Below, piece by piece: positions 38,292 through 49,555 of a stretch of DNA of 64,000 bases (position 1 is the stretch's first letter; each line of letters starts with the position of its first letter). Made by a program: the position numbers and the translations under genes. The notes beneath the pieces were generated by a model. The model was not told the origin of the DNA, made no database searches, and saw nothing but the letters and a program-made list of their open reading frames with translations. Origin of the DNA: an uncultured delta proteobacterium (lineage in GTDB: Bacteria > Myxococcota_A > Polyangia > Polyangiales > Houyiibacteriaceae); NCBI GenBank assembly GCA_963746475.1, contig CAVVBB010000003.1, forward strand, positions 368,938 through 432,937, in the 5' to 3' direction.

Positions 38292-40199
38292 TCAAACGTC
38301 GAGCTCTAGTGCCTCGGCCTGGGGCGCACGCTCCATGATGAAGTCGAACCGCGCCGACGGATCCTTGCCCATCAATTCGCTGAAGACCCGGTCCGCCTCC
38401 AGCTCCCCCCCGACCATCACGCGCAGGGCCCGTCGGTGGCTCTTGTCGAGCGTAGTCTCCCGAAGCTCGTCGGCGGTCATCTCACCGAGCCCCTTGAACC
38501 GGCTGATCTCGACCTTGGCGTTCCCGCGCGCCTCGGAGATGATGCGCTCGCGTTCTTCGTCGTCGAGCGCCCAGTGAACCTCTTTACCGATGTCGATGCG
38601 GTACAGAGGCGGCTGGGCCAGATATACATGACCGGCCCGTACCAGCGCAGGCAGCATACGGAAAAAGAACGTAAGCAGCAGCGTGGCGATGTGATGCCCG
38701 TCGCTGTCGGCGTCCATCAAGAGAAAGATTTTTCCGTAGCGAAGCTTGTTGATGTCGAAGTCCTTGCCGATACCGCAACCAAGCGCGCTCACGATGTCCT
38801 GCAGCTCGCGGTTTCCCATGATCTGTGTCTGAGTCGCACGCTCGGCATTCAGGACCTTGCCGCGAAGGGGAAGGATCGCCTGGGTCTTGCGGTCCCTGCC
38901 CTGTTTGGCGTTGCCGCCCGCGCTGTCGCCCTCGACCAGGAACAACTCGGACTCGCCCGGATTCGTGCTCGAGCAGTCGGCGAGCTTGCCCGGAAGGTTC
39001 AGCCGATGGCTGACGGCCGTCTTGCGCTGAATCTGCTGGCTGGCCGCACGGCTGGCCGCGCGAGCCCGCGAGGCGATGACCACGCGTGACACGATGGACT
39101 CGGCCGAAGTCTTGTTCTGGTGTAGCCAATGCTCGAACGCGGTCCGAATGGAAGTCTCGAGCTGAGCGGTGATCTCCGGGTTGTTGAGCCGGTCCTTGGT
39201 CTGCCCCTGGAACTGAGGTTCTTGCACGTAAACGCTGACGATGGCGACCAGACCCTCGCGGATGTCGTCCGCGGTGACCTTCACACCCTTGGGCACCAGC
39301 TTGTGGGCGTCCATGTAGTTGCGAAGGGCCTTGGCGACGCCCTGTTTGAATCCATTTTCGTGGGTGCCGCCGGAGCCGGTCGGGATGCCGTTGGCGTAGC
39401 TGCGAATCACCTCGTCCGTGGCCTCGGTCCATCGAAGGGCCAACTCGAAGCGCGGCTCTTCCTCGTGATCCACGGTGAATGCTTCGGGATGCACCGAGGG
39501 CTTCCCGCGTTCGGCGATGAACTTCTCGAGGAAGTCGACGATGCCGCCGGGATGCTCGAACTCCGCCTTTTCCTGGGACCTCTCGTCGACGAAGACGATT
39601 TTCAGACCGCGATGCAGATAGGTCTTCGATTCGAGCCGCTCACGGACGCGGTTCAGATCAAAGGAGGCCTTCTTGCCGAAGATGTCCGTGTCGGGACGAA
39701 AGTGGATGCTGGTGCCGCGCTTGCTGGTCTTGGTGCCCTTCTTGAGCTTGCCCGTCGGCTTGCCTCGAGCGTAAGTCTGCTCATAGGTGACACCGCCTCG
39801 CCAGACGGTCGCGCTCAGCTCGGTCGACAGCGCGTTGACGACGGAGGAGCCCACACCGTGCAGGCCGCCTGCGACTTGGTAGTTTTTCCCTTCGAACTTT
39901 CCCCCGGCATGCAAGGTGGTGAGAATGAGCTCCAGCGCGGAGCGCTTGTACTTGGGATGAATGTCGACTGGAATGCCCCGACCGTTGTCGGTGACCGTCA
40001 CGCCCCGATGGTCGCGGTCCAGGACGACTTCGATACGGCTGGCGAACCCGTTGATGGCCTCGTCGACACTGTTGTCCAGGAGCTCCCACAGGAGGTGGTG
40101 ATAACCGTTGGCATCGGTTCCGCCGATGTACATGGCCGGCCGCTTGCGAACGGGCTCGAGCCCTTCCAGCACCTCGATGTCTTTGGCCGTGTAAGCCAC
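38292..40199 (-). CDS. parE: Type IIA topoisomerase subunit B, ParE (topo IV)-like
   Basis: 635 aa, lacking the long GyrB insertion. GHKL N-terminus [16 protein letters not shown]; Toprim motifs EGDSAGG and PLRGKVLN. The GTG start shares 1 nt with the upstream stop. Confidence 0.85.
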   Translation of the reverse strand: MAYTAKDIEVLEGLEPVRKRPAMYIGGTDANGYHHLLWELLDNSVDEAINGFASRIEVVLDRDHRGVTVTDNGRGIPVDIHPKYKRSALELILTTLHAGGKFEGKNYQVAGGLHGVGSSVVNALSTELSATVWRGGVTYEQTYARGKPTGKLKKGTKTSKRGTSIHFRPDTDIFGKKASFDLNRVRERLESKTYLHRGLKIVFVDERSQEKAEFEHPGGIVDFLEKFIAERGKPSVHPEAFTVDHEEEPRFELALRWTEATDEVIRSYANGIPTGSGGTHENGFKQGVAKALRNYMDAHKLVPKGVKVTADDIREGLVAIVSVYVQEPQFQGQTKDRLNNPEITAQLETSIRTAFEHWLHQNKTSAESIVSRVVIASRARAASRAASQQIQRKTAVSHRLNLPGKLADCSSTNPGESELFLVEGDSAGGNAKQGRDRKTQAILPLRGKVLNAERATQTQIMGNRELQDIVSALGCGIGKDFDINKLRYGKIFLLMDADSDGHHIATLLLTFFFRMLPALVRAGHVYLAQPPLYRIDIGKEVHWALDDEERERIISEARGNAKVEISRFKGLGEMTADELRETTLDKSHRRALRVMVGGELEADRVFSELMGKDPSARFDFIMERAPQAEALELDV

Positions 40200-42559
40200 T
40201 AGTCCTCCGGAAAGCTTGGGATTTCGGGTTCTTGGTACACTTGGGCCTCGACCTTGCCACGGGTGAACAGCTGAAAGCCTTTGCCTCCGCGTGAGACCGC
40301 TTCGTACTTGCGGCGCGTGATGCGGTAGTCGCTCCCACCTTCGCGTTTCACGACGAGGGCATCGTCGTCGTACCCGAGCACCTTGGCCGCGACGAGCTCG
40401 TCACCCTTGGCAAGCTTGATGAGCATGACTCCTCGGCCCGGACCCGACAGCAGCGAGACCTCGTCGGTCGAGCAGAGCAAGGCTCGCCTCTGCCGGCTGA
40501 CGCAGGCCACGCAGTCGTTCGCGTAGACGGCCCCCACATAGATGACCTCGTCCCCCGGCTTGGGGCGCGTGAACTTGCGCCCGGTTCGAGTGCTGGGTTC
40601 ACGATGTCCGCGCAAAGAGAAAAGAAGCGACAGCCCGCCGCGCGTGACCGCGATGGCGTACGGTTCCTCCGGCTCCTCGGCCCCCTCGGTTGGCGGCGGC
40701 ACCTCGAAGAACCGGGGATCGAAGCCGATGGCCGCGACGACTCGCTCACCGTCGGCCATCTTGAACAGCGTCTGAAGGGGCGTGCCGTGCCCCGTCGTGG
40801 CAGGGATGTCGACGATGCGGCTGACGTAGCAGACCCCCTGGTTGCTGAAGAAAGCGACCGAGCTCCGGGTGGAGCCCGCCAGAACGGCAAGCACCTGGTC
40901 CCCCTTGCGAAGCCGGGTCGAGCCGACATCCTTGACCCGCTGCTGCCGCTTCACCCAGCCCTGCCGGGTCACGACCACCATCGCGTCTTCCTCGACGATG
41001 AAGTCCTCCGCGTCGAACTCGGGCTCGTCGAGCTTGGCAACGATCCGCGTACGTCGGGGGTCGGCATAGGCGGCGCTGACCTCTTCGAGCTCGGCACGAA
41101 TCAGCTTCCAGCGGGCGGACTCGCTCTTCAGCAGGCGTTGCACCCTGCGGGCCTCCGTCTCCTTCTCCTGTAGCTCCTCGCGGATGATGAGAATCTGCAG
41201 CTTGGCCAAGCGATACAGCTTGAGCTCCAGAATGGCGTCGGCCTGCAGCTCGTCGATCTCGAAGCGCGCGATGAGCTTCTTGGCGGCGTCCTGCTTGCCC
41301 TCGGAGCGGCGAATGATGCGAATCGCCTCATCCAGGGCGTCGAAAATGGTGACGAAGCCTTCGAGGATGTGAATTCGCGCCAGGAGCTGGTCGAGCTCGA
41401 ACTGCAAGCGCTTGGTCACGACCTCCATGCGGAAATCGAGGAAGTACCTGAGAATCGCCTTCAGCCCGATCCGCTGGGGCGCCGCGATCTCGGGGTGCTC
41501 GGTCGGAATCAGGCAAGTCAGGTTGACCTGGATATTCGTCTGAAGCGGGGTGTGTTTGTAGAGGTACGCCATGATCATCTGAGGATCGGCGTCTTTCTTC
41601 ATCTCACAGACGATGCGGCAGTCGTCAGTGCTCTCGTCCCGCACGTCGATGAGCGCCGGCAAGCGCTTTTGGATGATGACTTCGGCGATTTTCTCGACCA
41701 CCGCGCGGCGCTCGACGGCGTAGGGAATCGAATTGATGATAATCAGCGGGTTGCCACGCTCGGGGCGCTCGCTCTTCCACTGCCCTCGAAGCTTGAGCGA
41801 GCCTTGCCCCGTCTCATAGGCCGCAGCGATCTCCTCGCGCGAGCTCACGAGCTCGCCGCCCGTCGGGAAGTCCGGTCCCTTGACGAACTTCATGAGCTGC
41901 TTGGTGCTCAAATCTCCGTCGATGAGGGCCACCGCGGCTCGCACCACCTCGACCAGGTTGTGTGGCGGAATCGACGTGGCCATGCCGACCGCGATGCCCT
42001 GTGAGCCGTTGACGAGAAGGTTCGGGAAGCGAGCGGGCAGGACGATCGGCTCGAAGAGACGGCCGTCGTAGTTCGGACGAAAGGCGACCGTCTGCTTGCC
42101 GAGCTCGCCGAGCAACTCGTCGGCGAGCTTTTGCAAGCGCGCTTCGGTATAGCGCATGGCCGCCGCGGCATCGCCATCCGGAGAGCCGAAATTGCCACGG
42201 CCGTCCACCAGCGGCTGCCGCATGGCGAAGCTCTGCGCGAGCCGAACCAGAGCGTCGTAGATAGCCGTGTCCCCATGTGGATGGAACTTGCCCATCACGT
42301 CGCCGACGATGGCCGCCGACTTGCGATGCTTGACGTCACTGCGCAGGCGCAGCTCGTTGTACATCGTGTACAAGATCCGGCGCTGCACTGGCTTGAGGCC
42401 GTCGCGTACGTCGGGCAGGGCCCGGGCCGTGATGACGCTCAGCGCGTAGTTCAGGTACCGTCGCTTCGTCTCTTCGACCAACGAGGCATCTTCGATGCTG
42501 TCGATAGGCAGGTCGATCTGGGGACCCTTCTTGGATTTCTTCTTGCGACTGCGCGCCAT
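40199..42559 (-). CDS. parC: Type IIA topoisomerase subunit A, ParC (topo IV)-like
   Basis: [17 protein letters not shown] and the catalytic Tyr motif [11 protein letters not shown]. No QRRGGKG GyrA-box at the start of the C-terminal domain ([10 protein letters not shown] occupies that position). Confidence 0.78.
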   Translation of the reverse strand: MARSRKKKSKKGPQIDLPIDSIEDASLVEETKRRYLNYALSVITARALPDVRDGLKPVQRRILYTMYNELRLRSDVKHRKSAAIVGDVMGKFHPHGDTAIYDALVRLAQSFAMRQPLVDGRGNFGSPDGDAAAAMRYTEARLQKLADELLGELGKQTVAFRPNYDGRLFEPIVLPARFPNLLVNGSQGIAVGMATSIPPHNLVEVVRAAVALIDGDLSTKQLMKFVKGPDFPTGGELVSSREEIAAAYETGQGSLKLRGQWKSERPERGNPLIIINSIPYAVERRAVVEKIAEVIIQKRLPALIDVRDESTDDCRIVCEMKKDADPQMIMAYLYKHTPLQTNIQVNLTCLIPTEHPEIAAPQRIGLKAILRYFLDFRMEVVTKRLQFELDQLLARIHILEGFVTIFDALDEAIRIIRRSEGKQDAAKKLIARFEIDELQADAILELKLYRLAKLQILIIREELQEKETEARRVQRLLKSESARWKLIRAELEEVSAAYADPRRTRIVAKLDEPEFDAEDFIVEEDAMVVVTRQGWVKRQQRVKDVGSTRLRKGDQVLAVLAGSTRSSVAFFSNQGVCYVSRIVDIPATTGHGTPLQTLFKMADGERVVAAIGFDPRFFEVPPPTEGAEEPEEPYAIAVTRGGLSLLFSLRGHREPSTRTGRKFTRPKPGDEVIYVGAVYANDCVACVSRQRRALLCSTDEVSLLSGPGRGVMLIKLAKGDELVAAKVLGYDDDALVVKREGGSDYRITRRKYEAVSRGGKGFQLFTRGKVEAQVYQEPEIPSFPED

Positions 42560-42643
42560 TCTCTCCCACTTACACTTTGCTGCGCATGTAGCAGGCCCTG
42601 AAAAGACCGGGCAACTAAAGAGGGGCGCAAACTTCGAATGGTT

Positions 42644-43441
42644 CTAGCTTTGCTCTGTGAGTCCGCGAAAATGATCCAGGACCAGCGCGCCCTGCCCCAG
42701 CGAAAAAGCATGCTCGGCGACCCTGGTCAGCCAAAGCTTGGCGTCGGTGACGGCCTGCAGCAGCGGCTTTCCGAGCGCGAGACGACTCGCGATGGCCGCT
42801 GAAAGCGCGCAACCCGTGCCGTGCGGCACCCGGGGCAGCATCGCGCCGGGAGCCAGCTCGTGAAACTGACCGCCGCTGAGCAGAACGTCGGTGCCGCGAC
42901 TGGGCCCGGTCAGATGTCCGCCTTTGACGAGGACCGCTCGGGCGCCCAGGGACGCGATGCGTCTCGCCGCCTCCCGCGCATCTCCCAGCGTACGGACCTG
43001 CATGTCCGCCAGGACCTCGGCCTCGCTCGCGTTGGGAGTCACGAGCCTAGCTTCGGGCAGCAGCAGGTCTCGCATCGCCTCGGGCAGCCCTGGCTCCGCG
43101 AGCGAAGCGCCGTCGGTCGGCAGGAACACCGGATCGACGATCCAGGGGATGCCGCTCTGGCGAGCCACGTCCGCGAGCTCGCGAACGACCGCAGCCGAGC
43201 CCAGCGCTCCGGTCTTCGCGGCGACTGGGCGCAGGTCCTGAAGGAGCCAGTCGAGCTGGTCGCGCACGAGCTCGGCTCCGAGCGTCTGAAGGGCCCGCAC
43301 CCCCTGCGTGTTCTGAACGGTGATGAGCGCAGGCACCGCCAGGGCGTAGCAGCCATGCGCGTGGATGGTCTTGATGTCCGACTGAAGCCCCGCGCCTCCA
43401 CTGGGATCTGAGCCGGCGACACTGAGAACGAGGGGACTCAT
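42644..43441 (-). CDS. thiD: Hydroxymethylpyrimidine / phosphomethylpyrimidine kinase
   Basis: The internal ATG at 43441 gives MSPLVLSVAGSDPSGGAGLQSDIKT. The C-terminal motif is HGTGCALSAAIA. Confidence 0.9.
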   Translation of the reverse strand: MSPLVLSVAGSDPSGGAGLQSDIKTIHAHGCYALAVPALITVQNTQGVRALQTLGAELVRDQLDWLLQDLRPVAAKTGALGSAAVVRELADVARQSGIPWIVDPVFLPTDGASLAEPGLPEAMRDLLLPEARLVTPNASEAEVLADMQVRTLGDAREAARRIASLGARAVLVKGGHLTGPSRGTDVLLSGGQFHELAPGAMLPRVPHGTGCALSAAIASRLALGKPLLQAVTDAKLWLTRVAEHAFSLGQGALVLDHFRGLTEQS

Positions 43442-43664
43442 TCTTGTAACCCTTCGAGATTTCGGCTGTAAGTCTTCAGTATTGCGAGCCAAAGGTCCAC
43501 GGGAAGCTTCAGGCGATTCCGCATGCCGCCCAGGGCTTTTCGGGCCCTAGGCCCAGTCTAGCTGAGTCCGAGGGCGCCGAGACAGGCTGGCTTTGAGGGG
43601 CTGCCCAGTGTCGGCAGCATGCGAGTGTTGCTGTGTCGACGGCTCTGGGGTACCAAGCGCGATC

Positions 43665-44549
43665 ATGAGCGCCGACTACGCCAAGGACCCGCACCCTCGG
43701 AAACGGATTGCGGTCGGGGACAGCGAGATGTCGTACGTCGACACCGGCGAGGGACCGGTCACGGCGGTCTTCCTTCATGGGAACCCGACATCCTCTTACC
43801 TGTGGCGCAACGTGATCAGCGAAGTTTCGCCCAAGGCCCGCTGCCTGGCGCCGGACCTGATCGGCATGGGGAACTCGGGACCGAGCACGAGCGGATACCG
43901 CTTCGTGGATCACCGTCGGTACCTCGACGCCTGGTTCGATGCCGTGGTCGGGGACGAGCCTGTCTTCCTCGTCATCCACGACTGGGGCTCAGCCCTGGGG
44001 TTCGACTGGGCCAGCCGTCATCCGGAGCAGGTCCGGGGCGTCGTTTACATGGAAGCCATCGTTGCGCCGGTCCCCAGCTTCGATGACTGGCCTCAGGACG
44101 CCCGAAAGATCTTCGAAGCGATGCGCTCGCCCGCCGGCGAGGAGATCATCTTGAAGAAGAATGTGTTCGTGGAACGCATCTTGCCGTCCGCGGTCATTCG
44201 AAAGCTCAGTGACGAAGAGATGGCACGCTACCGCGCACCCTTCTCGGAAGCAGGCGAGGCTCGGCGGCCCACCCTGACCTGGCCGCGCCAGATCCCGATT
44301 GGGGGCGAACCGGCCGACGTCGTCGCCATCGTCGAGGCCTACGGCCAGTGGCTCAGCGGGAGCGAAACCCCGCCCAAGCTCTTCATCAATGCAGACCCGG
44401 GAAGCATCTTGACGGGCCCCATGCGCGATTTGTGCCGGAGCTGGCCCAACCAGGAAGAGATCACGGTCGCCGGCCTGCATTTCATTCAAGAGGATAGCGC
44501 CAACGAAATCGGGCAGGCGACCCTCCGCTTCATCGACAAGAACGCCTAG
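43665..44549 (+). CDS. Haloalkane dehalogenase (HLD-II-like alpha/beta hydrolase)
   Basis: ATG at 43665. HGNPTSSYLWRN (Asn, Trp), VIHDWGSALG (nucleophile Asp plus Trp), YMEAIV (Glu) and GLHFIQEDS (His) give the full Asp-His-Glu plus Asn-Trp pentad pattern. Confidence 0.88.
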   Translation: MSADYAKDPHPRKRIAVGDSEMSYVDTGEGPVTAVFLHGNPTSSYLWRNVISEVSPKARCLAPDLIGMGNSGPSTSGYRFVDHRRYLDAWFDAVVGDEPVFLVIHDWGSALGFDWASRHPEQVRGVVYMEAIVAPVPSFDDWPQDARKIFEAMRSPAGEEIILKKNVFVERILPSAVIRKLSDEEMARYRAPFSEAGEARRPTLTWPRQIPIGGEPADVVAIVEAYGQWLSGSETPPKLFINADPGSILTGPMRDLCRSWPNQEEITVAGLHFIQEDSANEIGQATLRFIDKNA

Positions 44550-44551
44550 CC

Positions 44552-46402
44552 TTGTCTGCGCCTTACGTCAGCACGGCCCTCCGGGAACGGGCCCGCCGAA
44601 CTCGACCGCCTAGCTCACACGAAGACGTGCTGCGCTGGCGGGAGCCCATGATCGGAGTGCTCCGAGCCCTCGATGCGTTGCTGCGCGACCCGAGCACGCC
44701 GGCGGGTCCCTTGCCGTTCGACCTGCTCCGGCAGGTCCTGCGACGCTTTCCGCGCGATGGCGGAGGCTTCTTCTCGACCAGTCAGCTCCTCGCTGGCTTC
44801 CGGGCCTTCCATGAGGAAGCCGGTATCGAAGTCTCGGAGGAGGCTTTCGTCGGCCGGCTCCGGTTCCGCCCGACGCGAACCCGAAGTGGCGTGGCTCCGG
44901 TGGCGGTGTTCACAAAGCCCTATCCTTGCCCTGGCAAGTGTGTGTTCTGCCCCAATGACGTGCGCATGCCCAAAAGCTACCTCTCGGACGAGCCCGGTGC
45001 ACAGCGCGCGGAGGACAACCAGTTCGACCCGTATTGGCAGACCTGGATGCGACTGGCTGCGCTGCACGCGACCGGACACCCCATCCACAAGGTCGAGCTC
45101 ATCATTCTGGGCGGCACTTGGAGTTTCTACGCGCCCGCGTACCAGCGCTGGTTCGTCAGGCGCTGCTTCGATGCCCTCAATGATTTCGACGGCTCGAGCG
45201 AGCCGAAGAGCCGCCCCGCGCCTAATCCCTTCGAAACGCTCAGCCGGCACGTGGACGGCCGCACCCTGAAGAAGAGCTACAATCAGCAGGTTTCCGGGAG
45301 ACTCCGGGAGGTCTACGGCGGACAGCTCGTCTCCGAGGAGGAGCAAGCGGGCTGGGACGACATCGAGCAGGCCCATGAGCGCAACGAGACCGCCCACCAT
45401 CGCTGCGTCGGCCTGGTCGTCGAGACCCGGCCAGACGAAATCGATGTCGACTGCGCGACGAACCTACGCCGGCTCGGCGTCACCAAAGTCCAGCTCGGCA
45501 TCCAGAGCCTGAATGACGCCGTCTTGCTCGCAAACAAGCGCGGACACGACAGTGACTGCACGCGGGAGGCCGCGAGCCTGCTGCGCCGCTTCGGGTTCAA
45601 AATCCAGGCCCATTGGATGCCCAACTTGCTTGGTTCGACCCCGGTCGACGACCGCTGCGACTACGACGAGCTGTTCACAGACCCGGCCCTTCGACCCGAC
45701 GAGCTCAAGATCTATCCCTGCAGCCTGGTCGAGAGCGCGGAGTTGATGCAGTTCCACGAAAGCGGTCAATGGCGGCCCTACTCGCGCGAAGAGCTGCTCG
45801 GCGTGCTGTCCCACGCGCTACGAACGACACCCCGATATTGTCGCCTCAGCCGCGTCGTCCGCGACATTCCAGGAACCGATATCGTGCGGGGTAGCCGAAA
45901 CGGCAACCTCCGCGAAACGGTCGAGGCACGCCTGCAAGACCGGGGCATCCGGCGTCGGGACATTCGAAGCCGTGAGGTGCGCGGCAGCGCCGTCGACCCG
46001 CAAACCCTGTCTTTGCGCCGGACCCACTATCCGACGGCCAGTGGCGAGGAGCTCTTCCTCGAGTGGGTCACGCCGCAAGACCGCATCGTCGGCTTCCTCA
46101 GGCTTTTTCTACCCCGGGAGCCGGCGCCCCTGGCGGAGCTTCGAAGCAGCGCGCTCATCCGCGAAGTCCACGTCTACGGCCTCGCCCTGAACCTCGGCAC
46201 GAGAGACGCCGAGGCCGCCCAGCACCGAGGCCTCGGCCGTGCGCTGATCGAGCAGGCCAGTCACGCCGCGGCTGAAGCCGGCTTCGACCGTGTCTCGGTG
46301 ATCTCCGCCATCGGTACCCGCCCTTACTACCGCGCCCTGGACTTCGAAGACGGCCCTCTTTACCAGCACAAGAGAACTCGTCTCCAGCCGACGAAGGGCT
46401 GA
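44552..46402 (+). CDS. Elp3-like radical SAM / GNAT acetyltransferase (tRNA U34 modification enzyme homolog)
   Basis: Radical-SAM cluster CPGKCVFC (CxxxCxxC), KVELIILGGTWSFY, and a C-terminal GNAT motif HRGLGRALIEQA. TTG start at 44552 (alternative ATG at 44648). Confidence 0.85.
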   Translation: MSAPYVSTALRERARRTRPPSSHEDVLRWREPMIGVLRALDALLRDPSTPAGPLPFDLLRQVLRRFPRDGGGFFSTSQLLAGFRAFHEEAGIEVSEEAFVGRLRFRPTRTRSGVAPVAVFTKPYPCPGKCVFCPNDVRMPKSYLSDEPGAQRAEDNQFDPYWQTWMRLAALHATGHPIHKVELIILGGTWSFYAPAYQRWFVRRCFDALNDFDGSSEPKSRPAPNPFETLSRHVDGRTLKKSYNQQVSGRLREVYGGQLVSEEEQAGWDDIEQAHERNETAHHRCVGLVVETRPDEIDVDCATNLRRLGVTKVQLGIQSLNDAVLLANKRGHDSDCTREAASLLRRFGFKIQAHWMPNLLGSTPVDDRCDYDELFTDPALRPDELKIYPCSLVESAELMQFHESGQWRPYSREELLGVLSHALRTTPRYCRLSRVVRDIPGTDIVRGSRNGNLRETVEARLQDRGIRRRDIRSREVRGSAVDPQTLSLRRTHYPTASGEELFLEWVTPQDRIVGFLRLFLPREPAPLAELRSSALIREVHVYGLALNLGTRDAEAAQHRGLGRALIEQASHAAAEAGFDRVSVISAIGTRPYYRALDFEDGPLYQHKRTRLQPTKG

Positions 46403-46403
46403 C

Positions 46404-47222
46404 TCAGGGCTTTGGAGCCTGTCGCTTACAGTCCTGGGGCTGGGCCTGGTCGTAGAGCCGCCGGGCCTCCGAAAGGTGCCGCTCCAGGTTACTGATTCGG
46501 CTGTCGTGCGCGGGATGGGTGGAGAGCCATTGTGGAGGCTCACCCTTCGAGTGGCTCTTCATGTTCTCCCAGAGTTCGATGCTTGCGCGGGGGTCAAAGC
46601 CTGCCTGGGCCATCAGGCGTTGACCGACCTCATCCGCCTCGTTCTCGTGTTTGCGGCTAAACGGAAGCATGACCCCGTATTGGGCGCCGATGCCCAGACC
46701 CCCAACGATGAGGTCGCCGTAGCCAGTCCCGGCGGCACCCACCGCGATCGAGCCAATCTGAACCGCGCCGTCGGCCATGAGCCCCTGAGACACCCGCTCA
46801 TTGCCGTGCTCGAGGAGCACGTGTCCGACCTCGTGCCCAATGACCGCCGCAAGCTGGTCCGGCGTCTGCGCGATCTCGAGCATGCCGGTGTGAACCCCAA
46901 TTTTGGCTCCCGGAAGCGCAAAGGCGTTCGGCGTCGGGTCCTCGAACACCACGACCTCCCACTCCGTGCCCTCGGGCGCGTACTGCGCGGGGATCACATC
47001 GACGATGGCATCGGCCACGCAGCGCACGTAGGCGTTCGTCTCGGGCTCGGCTTGGACGCTCCCCTTCTCCTTGAGGTCTGCAAACGCCGCGATCCCCATG
47101 GCGTTCATCTTGTCGTCGGAAATCATGTTGAGCTGACGCCGGCCGGTCATGGTCGTTGCGCAGGACGCAGCAAGCACGGCCATGATCGAGACGACGAACG
47201 CCGAAAAATGCAAGCGAGTCAT
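46404..47222 (-). CDS. M48-family zinc metallopeptidase lipoprotein
   Basis: The internal ATG at 47222 gives MTRLHFSAFVVSIMAVLAASC (lipobox). HExxH is present as GHEVGHVLLEH, followed by ...ENEADEVG. Confidence 0.85.
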   Translation of the reverse strand: MTRLHFSAFVVSIMAVLAASCATTMTGRRQLNMISDDKMNAMGIAAFADLKEKGSVQAEPETNAYVRCVADAIVDVIPAQYAPEGTEWEVVVFEDPTPNAFALPGAKIGVHTGMLEIAQTPDQLAAVIGHEVGHVLLEHGNERVSQGLMADGAVQIGSIAVGAAGTGYGDLIVGGLGIGAQYGVMLPFSRKHENEADEVGQRLMAQAGFDPRASIELWENMKSHSKGEPPQWLSTHPAHDSRISNLERHLSEARRLYDQAQPQDCKRQAPKP

Positions 47223-47312
47223 ACAGCGCCCAGAGTCTAGCGTGCGGCCTGTGCCAGCGCACTGGACAGGGAAGCAGGCCATGCGTTCGAGCACCGGCCG
47301 TGAGACTGCTAG

Positions 47313-48332
<1,020 letters not shown>

Positions 48333-48474
48333 GGGAAAGCCGCTCTGCGAGGCACTCGACCCTGCCAAAGACGGGTCGGACTCCCTAAATCGGGGGCGCG
48401 TAGCCGACCAGCGCTTGCTCGAAGGTCCCCTGCATGTCAAGGAAGCAGCTCGCCGACTCTAGGAGAAGCCCCGA

Positions 48475-48732
48475 ATGTATCGATGTGAGCTGTGCAATCG
48501 CGTTTCGCGCCCGGGAGAACGAGCCTCGAAGGTCGTCATCGAGCGCCGCCCTACCGAATACCCGAGCCGCGGCAAAGCACAGCGCCAGCGCACCGGGCGC
48601 AAGGCCAAGCACCAGGACGACCCGGGCGGCGCCGGCTACGAAATCGCCAAGGAGGCCTTGGCCTGCCCGGTCTGCGCCGAGGGCATCCTCGCGAAGGAAG
48701 CCGCGGAAGCGGAAGCCGAAGCGGCCCTCTGA
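48475..48732 (+). CDS. Small zinc-ribbon protein (two CxxC pairs), unknown function
   Basis: 85 aa with CELC near the N-terminus and CPVC near the C-terminus, a basic middle region, and an AEAEAEA tail. It lies 60 nt upstream of a ZIP-like transporter gene. Confidence 0.5.
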   Translation: MYRCELCNRVSRPGERASKVVIERRPTEYPSRGKAQRQRTGRKAKHQDDPGGAGYEIAKEALACPVCAEGILAKEAAEAEAEAAL

Positions 48733-48792
48733 ACCCCTGCATATGACTCTGCCGCGGCCAAGCTCGGCGCGGAACCGTGATATGGCGATCGG

Positions 48793-49491
48793 ATGATTTG
48801 GCCGGTCGCGATTGTCCTAGGCTCCGTCGCCGCGGGAGCCGCTCTCGGGCTGCTGGCCCCGGGCCGTGGGCGCTGGCTCGACGCGGTTCGTACGTTCGCC
48901 GTGGTTTCCTCCGTGGCGGTCGTGGTCGGACGACTGATTCCCGATGCGATACGGGGCGGAGGCCCCTGGGTTCTGTCGGCGGTCGCCGTGGCCTTCCTGA
49001 CTCCCTGGCTGATCGAACGGGTCGCCAAGGAGGACCCGGAGCACGACCACTCATCGACGATGGGGCTGGAGCTCAGCTACTGGGGCCTGATGATCCACAA
49101 GATCGGTGACGGCCTCGCCTTGGGTGCGTTCACCATGGGCGCACATGCAGACCATCACCACGGCGATGTGCTCACCGCCGTCGCCGTGCACTCGGTCCCG
49201 GTGACCGCGCTCATCACCCTGGCCTTCGCCTCTTCGCATGGCGCGGCCTCAGCCGTCCGTCGCGCGATCGGCTTGGCCGCCTTCGGCACCGTGGGCGTGC
49301 TGCTCGCCCGTTACACGGCGCTCGGACACTGGACGGCCGGTGAGCCCTGGATCGAAGCCAGCGTGAGCGGGCTGCTCCTTCATGTCGTTACGCACGACTG
49401 GGCTCACGAGCACGAGCGCCCTGCCCTGCCCGGCTGGCCGCAGGTCATCGCCATCGCGCTGGGCGTCGGCGTGCTTCTGCTCGGACGCTAG
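48793..49491 (+). CDS. ZIP-family (ZupT-like) divalent metal transporter
   Basis: Polytopic protein with HKIGDGLALGAF and His-rich loops (HADHHHGD, HVVTHDWAHEHE). Confidence 0.7.
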   Translation: MIWPVAIVLGSVAAGAALGLLAPGRGRWLDAVRTFAVVSSVAVVVGRLIPDAIRGGGPWVLSAVAVAFLTPWLIERVAKEDPEHDHSSTMGLELSYWGLMIHKIGDGLALGAFTMGAHADHHHGDVLTAVAVHSVPVTALITLAFASSHGAASAVRRAIGLAAFGTVGVLLARYTALGHWTAGEPWIEASVSGLLLHVVTHDWAHEHERPALPGWPQVIAIALGVGVLLLGR

Positions 49492-49555
49492 CGCTCGCGT
49501 TCGGGTCGCGCGCGGAGCCCGCTGAAACCGCAATGCTTGGCGATACGCGAGACCG

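Noticed and set aside
43442-43592. A possible TPP (THI-box) riboswitch upstream of thiD.
   Set aside because: Reading the minus strand, I find neither the CTGAGA nor the ACCTGATCTGGATAATGCCAGCG-type conserved core. A covariance-model scan would be the definitive check.
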